From Auanema rhodensis (taxonomy: Eukaryota; Animalia; Nematoda), in the NCBI GenBank assembly GCA_964057225.1, contig OZ059899.1, positions 21,390,001-21,454,000 of the forward strand: 64,000 nt of DNA. Direction: 5' to 3'. The notes beneath the pieces are model-generated. The model saw only the letters and a program-made list of their open reading frames with translations, made no database searches and was not told the origin of the DNA. Of the stretch, positions 15,001 to 26,580 are shown piece after piece. The translations under genes were made by a program, and so were the position numbers. The stretch's first letter is position 1, and every line of letters starts with the position of its first letter.

Positions 15001-18000
15001 AACGCTTAATACAAAAATTAGTTATGATCGTTTGAAAAATGATGCATTAGTGTATGTTGAGTTTCCATGTACACTCAACATTGCTTCCAAAAACATTTTG
15101 ACAAAAATTTTTTCGAAAAATTTCAAATTAATTTAGCAAAAAGTAGATGTTTTTAGATTCCTTTTTTCAAGGCAAAGACGATGGACAATGTTATTCAACA
15201 AAAAAATTAATTCTTCAGGGTGAAAATCGAGGATATATGTGTGAACTTATATCAGTTGATATCTCGGTGCATTTTTAAGCTAGCGCAAATCTGATAACAC
15301 AGATCGACGCAGCTTAAAAATCCGCATCGAATGCACTATACTACATTGAGAAACGCTTAATACAAAAAATAGTTATGATCGTTTGAAAAATGATGCATTA
15401 GTGTATGTTGAGTTTCCATGTACACTAACATTGCTTCCAAAAACATTTTGACAAAAATTTTTTCAAAAAATTTCAAAATAATTTAGCAAAAAGTAGATGT
15501 TTTTAGATTCCTTTTTTCAAGGCGAAGACGATGGACAATGTTATTCAACGAAAAAATTAATTCTTCAGGGTGAAAATCGAGGATATAAGTGTGAACTTAT
15601 ATCAGTTGATATCTCGGTGCATTTTTAAGCTAGCGCAAATCTGATAACACAGATCGACGCAGCTTAAAAATCCCCATCGAATGCACTATACAACATTGAG
15701 AAACGCTTAATACAAAAATTAGTTATGATCGTTTGAAAAATGATGCATTAGTGTATGTTGAGTTTCCATGTACACTCAACATTGCTTCCAAAAACATTTT
15801 GACAAAAATTTTTTCGAAAAATTTCAAAATAATTTAGCAAAAAGTAGATGTTTTTAGATTCCTTTTTTCAAGGCAAAGACGATGGACAATGTTATTCAAC
15901 GAAAAAATTAATTCTTCAGGGTGAAAATCGAGGATATATGTGTGAACTTATATCAGTTGATATCTCGGTGCATTTTTAAGCTAGCGCAAATCTGATAACA
16001 CAGATCGACGCAGCTTAAAAATCCGCATCGAATGCACTATACTACATTGAGAAACGCTTAATACAAAAATTAGTTATGATCGTTTGAAAAATGATGCATT
16101 AGTGTATGTTGAGTTTCCATGTACACTAACATTGCTTCCAAAAACATTTTGACAAAAATTTTTTCAAAAAATTTCAAAATAATTTAGCAAAAAGTAGATG
16201 TTTTTAGATTTCTTTTTTAAAGGCAAAGACGATGGACAATGTTATTCAACAAAAAAATTAATTCTTCAGGGTGAAAATCGAGGATATATGTGTGAACTTA
16301 TATCAGTTGATATCTCGGTGCATTTTTAAGCTAGCGCAAATCTGATAACACAGATCGACGCAGCTTAAAAATCCGCATCGAATGCACTATACTACATTGA
16401 GAAACGCTTAATACAAAAATTAGTTATGATCGTTTGAAAAATGATGCATTAGTGTATGTTGAGTTTCCATGTACACTCAACATTGCTTCCAAAAACATTT
16501 TGACAAAAATTTTTTCGAAAAATTTCAAATTAATTTAGCAAAAAGTAGATGTTTTTAGATTCCTTTTTTCAAGGCAAAGACGATGGACAATGTTATTCAA
16601 CAAAAAAATTAATTCTTCAGGGTGAAAATCGAGGATATATGTGTGAACTTATATCAGTTGATATCTCGGTGCATTTTTAAGCTAGCGCAAATCTGATAAC
16701 ACAGATCGACGCAGCTTAAAAATCCGCATCGAATGCACTATACTACATTGAGAAACGCTTAATACAAAAATTAGTTATGATCGTTTGAAAAATGATGCAT
16801 TAGTGTATGTTGAGTTTCCATGTACACTAACATTGCTTCCAAAAACATTTTGACAAAAATTTTTTCAAAAAATTTCAAAATAATTTAGCAAAAAGTAGAT
16901 GTTTTTAGATTCCTTTTTTCAAGGCGAAGACGATGGACAATGTTATTCAACGAAAAAATTAATTCTTCAGGGTGAAAATCGAGGATATAAGTGTGAACTT
17001 ATATCAGTTGATATCTCGGTGCATTTTTAAGCTAGCGCAAATCTGATAACACAGATCGACGCAGCTTAAAAATCCCCATCGAATGCACTATACTACATTG
17101 AGAAACGCTTAATACAAAAATTAGTTATGATCGTTTGAAAAATGATGCATTAGTGTATGTTGAGTTTCCATGTACACTGAACATTGCTTCCAAAAACATT
17201 TTGACAAAAATTTTTTCGAAAAATTTCAAAATAATTTAGCAAAAAGTAGATGTTTTTAGATTCCTTTTTTCAAGGCAAAGACGATGGACAATGTTATTCA
17301 ACGAAAAAATTAATTCTTCAGGGTGAAAATCGAGGATATATGTGTGAACTTATATCAGTTGATATCTCGGTGCATTTTTAAGCTAGCGCAAATCTGATAA
17401 CACAGATCGACGCAGCTTAAAAATCCGCATCGAATGCACTATACTACATTGAGAAACGCTTAATACAAAAATTAGTTATGATCGTTTGAAAAATGATGCA
17501 TTAGTGTATGTTGAGTTTCCATGTACACTCAACATTGCTTCCAAAAACATTTTGACAAAAATTTTTTCAAAAAATTTCAAAATAATTTAGCAAAAAGTAG
17601 ATGTTTTTAGATTCCTTTTTTCAAGGCGAAGACGATGGACAATGTTATTCAACGAAAAAATTAATTCTTCAGGGTGAAAATCGAGGATATAAGTGTGAAC
17701 TTATATCAGTTGATATCTCGGTGCATTTTTAAGCTAGCGCAAATCTGATAACACAGATCGACGCAGCTTAAAAATCCCCATCGAATGCACTATACTACAT
17801 TGAGAAACGCTTAATTCAAAAAATTAGTTATGATCGTTTGAAAAATGATGCCTTAGTGTATGTTGAGTTTCCATGTACACTCAACATTGCTTCCAAAAAC
17901 ATTTTGACAAAAATTTTTTCGAAAAATTTCAAAATAATTTAGCAAAAAGTAGATGTTTTTAGATTCCTTTTTTCAAGGCAAAGACGATGGACAATGTTAT

Positions 18001-21000
18001 TCAACGAAAAAATTAATTCTTCAGGGTGAAAATCGAGGATATAAGTGTGAACTTATATCAGTTGATATCTCGGTGCATTTTTAAGCTAGCGCAAATCTGA
18101 TAACACAGATCGACGCAGCTTAAAAATCCCCATCGAATGCACTATACTACATTGAGAAACGCTTAATTCAAAAAATTAGTTATGATCGTTTGAAAAATGA
18201 TGCCTTAGTGTATGTTGAGTTTCCATGTACACTCAACATTGCTTCCAAAAACATTTTGACAAAAATTTTTTCGAAAAATTTCAAAATAATTTAGCAAAAA
18301 GTAGATGTTTTTAGATTCCTTTTTTCAAGGCAAAGACGATGGACAATGTTATTCAACGAAAAAATTAATTCTTCAGGGTGAAAATCGAGGATATATGTGT
18401 GAACTTATATCAGTTGATATCTCGGTGCATTTTTAAGCTAGCGCAAATCTAATAATACAGATCGACGCAGCTTAAAAATCCGCATCGAATGCACTATACT
18501 ACATTGAGAAACGCTTAATACAAAAATTAGTTATGATCGTTTGAAAAATGATGCCTTAGTGTATGTTGAGTTTCCATGTACACTCAACATTGCTTCCAAA
18601 AACATTTTGACAAAAATTGTTTCGAAAAATTTCAAAATAATTTAGCAAAAAGTAGATGTTTTTAGATTCCTTTTTTCAAGGCAAAGACGATGGACAATGT
18701 GATTCAACGAAAAAATTAATTCTTCAGGGTGAAAATCGAGGATATATGTGTGAACTTATATCAGTTGATATCTCGGTGCATTTTTAAGCTAGCGCAAATC
18801 TGATAACACAGATCGACGCAGCTTAAAAATCCGCATCGAATGCACTATACTACATTGAGAAACGCTTAATACAAAAATTAGTTATGATCGTTTGAAAAAT
18901 GATGCCTTAGTGTATGTTGAGTTTCCATGTACACTCAACATTGCTTCCAAAAACATTTTGACAAAAATTTTTTCGAAAAATTTCAAAATAATTTAGCAAA
19001 AAGTAGATGTTTTTAGATTCCTTTTTTCAAGGCAAAGACGATGGACAATGTTATTCAACAAAAAAATTAATTCTTCAGGGTGAAAATCGAGGATATATGT
19101 GTGAACTTATATCAGTTGATATCTCGGTGCATTTTTAAGCTAGCGCAAATCTGATAACACAGATCGACGCAGCTTAAAAATCCGCATCGAATGCACTATA
19201 CTACATTGAGAAACGCTTAATACAAAAATTAGTTATGATCGTTTGAAAAATGATGCCTTAGTGTATGTTGAGTTTCCATGTACACTCAACATTGCTTCCA
19301 AAAACATTTTGACAAAAATTTTTTCAAAAAATTTCAAAATAATTTAACAAAAAGTAGATGTTTTTAGATTCCTTTTTTCAAGGCGAAGACGATGGACAAT
19401 GTTATTCAACGAAAAAATTAATTCTTCAGGGTGAAAATCGAGGATATAAGTGTGAACTTATATCAGTTGATATCTCGGTGCATTTTTAAGCTAGCGCAAA
19501 TCTGATAACACAGATCGACGCAGCTTAAAAATCCGCATCGAATGCACTATACTACATTGAGAAACGCTTAATACAAAAATTAGTTATGATCGTTTGAAAA
19601 ATGATGCATTAGTGTATGTTGAGTTTCCATGTACACTCAACATTGCTTCCAAAAACATTTTGACAAAAATTTTTTCAAAAAATTTCAAAATAATTTAGCA
19701 AAAAGTAGATGTTTTTAGATTCCTTTTTTCAAGGCGAAGACGATGGACAATGTTATTCAACGAAAAAATTAATTCTTCAGGGTGAAAATCGAGGATATAA
19801 GTGTGAACTTATATCAGTTGATATCTCGGTGCATTTTTAAGCTAGCGCAAATCTGATAACACAGATCGACGCAGCTTAAAAATCCCCATCGAATGCACTA
19901 TACTACATTGAGAAACGCTTAATTCAAAAAATTAGTTATGATCGTTTGAAAAATGATGCCTTAGTGTATGTTGAGTTTCCATGTACACTCAACATTGCTT
20001 CCAAAAACATTTTGACAAAAATTTTTTCGAAAAATTTCAAAATAATTTAGCAAAAAGTAGATGTTTTTAGATTCCTTTTTTCAAGGCAAAGACGATGGAC
20101 AATGTTATTCAACGAAAAAATTAATTCTTCAGGGTGAAAATCGAGGATATAAGTGTGAACTTATATCAGTTGATATCTCGGTGCATTTTTAAGCTAGCGC
20201 AAATCTGATAACACAGATCGACGCAGCTTAAAAATCCCCATCGAATGCACTATACTACATTGAGAAACGCTTAATTCAAAAAATTAGTTATGATCGTTTG
20301 AAAAATGATGCCTTAGTGTATGTTGAGTTTCCATGTACACTCAACATTGCTTCCAAAAACATTTTGACAAAAATTTTTTCGAAAAATTTCAAAATAATTT
20401 AGCAAAAAGTAGATGTTTTTAGATTCCTTTTTTCAAGGCAAAGACGATGGACAATGTTATTCAACGAAAAAATTAATTCTTCAGGGTGAAAATCGAGGAT
20501 ATATGTGTGAACTTATATCAGTTGATATCTCGGTGCATTTTTAAGCTAGCGCAAATCTAATAATACAGATCGACGCAGCTTAAAAATCCGCATCGAATGC
20601 ACTATACTACATTGAGAAACGCTTAATACAAAAATTAGTTATGATCGTTTGAAAAATGATGCCTTAGTGTATGTTGAGTTTCCATGTACACTCAACATTG
20701 CTTCCAAAAACATTTTGACAAAAATTGTTTCGAAAAATTTCAAAATAATTTAGCAAAAAGTAGATGTTTTTAGATTCCTTTTTTCAAGGCAAAGACGATG
20801 GACAATGTGATTCAACGAAAAAATTAATTCTTCAGGGTGAAAATCGAGGATATATGTGTGAACTTATATCAGTTGATATCTCGGTGCATTTTTAAGCTAG
20901 CGCAAATCTGATAACACAGATCGACGCAGCTTAAAAATCCGCATCGAATGCACTATACTACATTGAGAAACGCTTAATACAAAAATTAGTTATGATCGTT

Positions 21001-24000
21001 TGAAAAATGATGCCTTAGTGTATGTTGAGTTTCCATGTACACTCAACATTGCTTCCAAAAACATTTTGACAAAAATTTTTTCGAAAAATTTCAAAATAAT
21101 TTAGCAAAAAGTAGATGTTTTTAGATTCCTTTTTTCAAGGCAAAGACGATGGACAATGTTATTCAACAAAAAAATTAATTCTTCAGGGTGAAAATCGAGG
21201 ATATATGTGTGAACTTATATCAGTTGATATCTCGGTGCATTTTTAAGCTAGCGCAAATCTGATAACACAGATCGACGCAGCTTAAAAATCCGCATCGAAT
21301 GCACTATACTACATTGAGAAACGCTTAATACAAAAATTAGTTATGATCGTTTGAAAAATGATGCATTAGTGTATGTTGAGTTTCCATGTACACTCAACAT
21401 TGCTTCCAAAAACATTTTGACAAAAATTTTTTCAAAAAATTTCAAAATAATTTAACAAAAAGTAGATGTTTTTAGATTCCTTTTTTCAAGGCGAAGACGA
21501 TGGACAATGTTATTCAACGAAAAAATTAATTCTTCAGGGTGAAAATCGAGGATATAAGTGTGAACTTATATCAGTTGATATCTCGGTGCATTTTTAAGCT
21601 AGCGCAAATCTGATAACACAGATCGACGCAGCTTAAAAATCCCCATCGAATGCACTATACTACATTGAGAAACGCTTAATTCAAAAAATTAGTTATGATC
21701 GTTTGAAAAATGATGCCTTAGTGTATGTTGAGTTTCCATGTACACTCAACATTGCTTCCAAAAACATTTTGACAAAAATTTTTTCGAAAAATTTCAAAAT
21801 AATTTAGCAAAAAGTAGATGTTTTTAGATTCCTTTTTTCAAGGCAAAGACGATGGACAATGTTATTCAACGAAAAAATTAATTCTTCAGGGTGAAAATCG
21901 AGGATATATGTGTGAACTTATATCAGTTGATATCTCGGTGCATTTTTAAGCTAGCGCAAATCTGATAACACAGATCGACGCAGCTTAAAAATCCGCATCG
22001 AATGCACTATACTACATTGAGAAACGCTTAATACAAAAATTAGTTATGATCGTTTGAAAAATGATGCCTTAGTGTATGTTGAGTTTCCATGTACACTCAA
22101 CATTGCTTCCAAAAACATTTTGACAAAAATTTTTTCAAAAAATTTCAAAATAATTTAACAAAAAGTAGATGTTTTTAGATTCCTTTTTTCAAGGCGAAGA
22201 CGATGGACAATGTTATTCAACGAAAAAATTAATTCTTCAGGGTGAAAATCGAGGATATAAGTGTGAACTTATATCAGTTGATATCTCGGTGCATTTTTAA
22301 GCTAGCGCAAATCTGATAACACAGATCGACGCAGCTTAAAAATCCGCATCGAATGCACTATACTACATTGAGAAACGCTTAATACAAAAATTAGTTATGA
22401 TCGTTTGAAAAATGATGCCTTAGTGTATGTTGAGTTTCCATGTACACTCAACATTGCTTCCAAAAACATTTTGACAAAAATTTTTTCGAAAAATTTCAAA
22501 ATAATTTAGCAAAAAGTAGATGTTTTTAGATTCCTTTTTTCAAGGCAAAGACGATGGACAATGTTATTCAACGAAAAAATTAATTCTTCAGGGTGAAAAT
22601 CGAGGATATATGTGTGAACTTATATCAGTTGATATCTCGGTGCATTTTTAAGCTAGCGCAAATCTAATAATACAGATCGACGCAGCTTAAAAATCCGCAT
22701 CGAATGCACTATACTACATTGAGAAACGCTTAATACAAAAATTAGTTATGATCGTTTGAAAAATGATGCCTTAGTGTATGTTGAGTTTCCATGTACACTC
22801 AACATTGCTTCCAAAAACATTTTGACAAAAATTTTTTCGAAAAATTTCAAAATAATTTAGCAAAAAGTAGATGTTTTTAGATTCCTTTTTTCAAGGCAAA
22901 GACGATGGACAATGTGATTCAACGAAAAAATTAATTCTTCAGGGTGAAAATCGAGGATATATGTGTGAACTTATATCAGTTGATATCTCGGTGCATTTTT
23001 AAGCTAGCGCAAATCTGATAACACAGATCGACGCAGCTTAAAAATCCGCATCGAATGCACTATACTACATTGAGAAACGCTTAATACAAAAATTAGTTAT
23101 GATCGTTTGAAAAATGATGCCTTAGTGTATGTTGAGTTTCCATGTACACTCAACATTGCTTCCAAAAACATTTTGACAAAAATTTTTTCGAAAAATTTCA
23201 AAATAATTTAGCAAAAAGTAGATGTTTTTAGATTCCTTTTTTCAAGGCAAAGACGATGGACAATGTTATTCAACAAAAAAATTAATTCTTCAGGGTGAAA
23301 ATCGAGGATATATGTGTGAACTTATATCAGTTGATATCTCGGTGCATTTTTAAGCTAGCGCAAATCTGATAACACAGATCGACGCAGCTTAAAAATCCGC
23401 ATCGAATGCACTATACTACATTGAGAAACGCTTAATACAAAAATTAGTTATGATCGTTTGAAAAATGATGCATTAGTGTATGTTGAGTTTCCATGTACAC
23501 TCAACATTGCTTCCAAAAACATTTTGACAAAAATTTTTTCAAAAAATTTCAAAATAATTTAACAAAAAGTAGATGTTTTTAGATTCCTTTTTTCAAGGCG
23601 AAGACGATGGACAATGTTATTCAACGAAAAAATTAATTCTTCAGGGTGAAAATCGAGGATATAAGTGTGAACTTATATCAGTTGATATCTCGGTGCATTT
23701 TTAAGCTAGCGCAAATCTGATAACACAGATCGACGCAGCTTAAAAATCCCCATCGAATGCACTATACTACATTGAGAAACGCTTAATTCAAAAAATTAGT
23801 TATGATCGTTTGAAAAATGATGCCTTAGTGTATGTTGAGTTTCCATGTACACTCAACATTGCTTCCAAAAACATTTTGACAAAAATTTTTTCGAAAAATT
23901 TCAAAATAATTTAGCAAAAAGTAGATGTTTTTAGATTCCTTTTTTCAAGGCAAAGACGATGGACAATGTTATTCAACGAAAAAATTAATTCTTCAGGGTG

Positions 24001-26574
24001 AAAATCGAGGATATATGTGTGAACTTATATCAGTTGATATCTCGGTGCATTTTTAAGCTAGCGCAAATCTGATAACACAGATCGACGCAGCTTAAAAATC
24101 CGCATCGAATGCACTATACTACATTGAGAAACGCTTAATACAAAAATTAGTTATGATCGTTTGAAAAATGATGCCTTAGTGTATGTTGAGTTTCCATGTA
24201 CACTCAACATTGCTTCCAAAAACATTTTGACAAAAATTTTTTCAAAAAATTTCAAAATAATTTAACAAAAAGTAGATGTTTTTAGATTCCTTTTTTCAAG
24301 GCGAAGACGATGGACAATGTTATTCAACGAAAAAATTAATTCTTCAGGGTGAAAATCGAGGATATAAGTGTGAACTTATATCAGTTGATATCTCGGTGCA
24401 TTTTTAAGCTAGCGCAAATCTGATAACACAGATCGACGCAGCTTAAAAATCCGCATCGAATGCACTATACTACATTGAGAAACGCTTAATACAAAAATTA
24501 GTTATGATCGTTTGAAAAATGATGCCTTAGTGTATGTTGAGTTTCCATGTACACTCAACATTGCTTCCAAAAACATTTTGACAAAAATTTTTTCGAAAAA
24601 TTTCAAAATAATTTAGCAAAAAGTAGATGTTTTTAGATTCCTTTTTTCAAGTCAAAGACGATGGACAATGTTATTCAACAAAAAAATTAATTCTTCAGGG
24701 TGAAAATCGAGGATATATGTGTGAACTTATATCAGTTGATATCTCGGTGCATTTTTAAGCTAGCGCAAATCTGATAACACAGATCGACGCAGCTTAAAAA
24801 TCTGCATCGAATGCACTATACTACATTGAGAAACGCTTAATACAAAAATTAGTTATGATCGTTTGAAAAATGATGCATTAGTGTATGTTGAGTTTCCATG
24901 TACACTCAACATTGCTTCCAAAAACATTTTGACAAAAATTTTTTCAAAAAATTTCAAAATAATTTAACAAAAAGTAGATGTTTTTAGATTCCTTTTTTCA
25001 AGGCGAAGACGATGGACAATGTTATTCAACGAAAAAATTAATTCTTCAGGGTGAAAATCGAGGATATAAGTGTGAACTTATATCAGTTGATATCTCGGTG
25101 CATTTTTAAGCTAGCGCAAATCTGATAACACAGATCGACGCAGCTTAAAAATCCCCATCGAATGCACTATACTACATTGAGAAACGCTTAATTCAAAAAA
25201 TTAGTTATGATCGTTTGAAAAATGATGCCTTAGTGTATGTTGAGTTTCCATGTACACTCAACATTGCTTCCAAAAACATTTTGACAAAAATTTTTTCGAA
25301 AAATTTCAAAATAATTTAGCAAAAAGTAGATGTTTTTAGATTCCTTTTTTCAAGGCAAAGACGATGGACAATGTTATTCAACGAAAAAATTAATTCTTCA
25401 GGGTGAAAATCGAGGATATATGTGTGAACTTATATCAGTTGATATCTCGGTGCATTTTTAAGCTAGCGCAAATCTGATAACACAGATCGACGCAGCTTAA
25501 AAATCCGCATCGAATGCACTATACTACATTGAGAAACGCTTAATACAAAAATTAGTTATGATCGTTTGAAAAATGATGCATTAGTGTATGTTGAGTTTCC
25601 ATGTACACTCAACATTGCTTCCAAAAACATTTTGACAAAAATTTTTTCAAAAAATTTCAAAATAATTTAACAAAAAGTAGATGTTTTTAGATTCCTTTTT
25701 TCAAGGCGAAGACGATGGACAATGTTATTCAACGAAAAAATTAATTCTTCAGGGTGAAAATCGAGGATATAAGTGTGAACTTATATCAGTTGATATCTCG
25801 GTGCATTTTTAAGCTAGCGCAAATCTGATAACACAGATCGACGCAGCTTAAAAATCCCCATCGAATGCACTATACTACATTGAGAAACGCTTAATTCAAA
25901 AAATTAGTTATGATCGTTTGAAAAATGATGCCTTAGTGTATGTTGAGTTTCCATGTACACTCAACATTGCTTCCAAAAACATTTTGACAAAAATTTTTTC
26001 GAAAAATTTCAAAATAATTTAGCAAAAAGTAGATGTTTTTAGATTCCTTTTTTCAAGGCAAAGACGATGGACAATGTTATTCAACGAAAAAATTAATTCT
26101 TCAGGGTGAAAATCGAGGATATAAGTGTGAACTTATATCAGTTGATATCTCGGTGAATTTTTAAGCTAGCGCAAATCTGATAACACAGATCGACGCAGCT
26201 TAAAAATCCCCATCGAATGCACTATACTACATTGAGAAACGCTTAATACAAAAATTAGTTATGATCGTTTGAAAAATGATGCATTAGTGTATGTTGAGTT
26301 TCCATGTACACTCAACATTGCTTCCAAAAACATTTTGACAAAAATTTTTTCGAAAAATTTCAAAATAATTTAGCAAAAAGTAGATGTTTTTAGATTCCTT
26401 TTTTCAAGGCAAAGACGATGGACAATGTTATTCAACGAAAAAATTGATTCTTCAGGGTGAAAATCGAGGATATATGTGTAAACTTATATCAGTTGATATC
26501 TCGGTGCATTTTTAAGCTAGCGCAAATCTGATAACACAGATCGACGCAGCTTAAAAATCCGCATCGAATGCACT
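1..26574. repeat. Satellite array A: ~76 head-to-tail copies of a 351-bp AT-rich monomer (truncated by the window start)
   Basis: The string tttgacaaaaattttttc starts at 1, 352 and 702 and recurs with a 350-352 bp period up to ~26.3 kb. Copies differ only at a few recurrent sites: ttc(a/g)aaa, ggc(a/g)aag, aac(a/g)aaa, tat(a/t)gtg, cc(g/c)cat, tg(ca/cc)tta, a 1-bp deletion in actcaac, and a 1-bp gain in aattcaaaaaa. Hand count of GC in the first monomer is 109/351 (~31%). The last copy is cut after ...gaatgcact. Confidence 0.99.
171..240. other. Nested inverted repeat in each A monomer (shown for copy 1)
   Basis: atttttaagct (175-185) pairs with agcttaaaaat (215-225) as perfect 11-bp arms. 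Inside lie atctg (193-197) / cagat (204-208), and an outer alternative pairing is gtgcatt (171-177) / aatgcac (234-240). Confidence 0.85.
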
Positions 26575-26580
26575 TCAAAA
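26570..26580. other. Direct junction between satellite A and satellite B with no spacer
   Basis: The sequence reads ...gcatcgaatgcac-t-tcaaaattagattcccc.... A normally continues gcactatac and B is normally preceded by gcggttttcaaaa, so only the T at 26574 can belong to either array. Confidence 0.97.
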
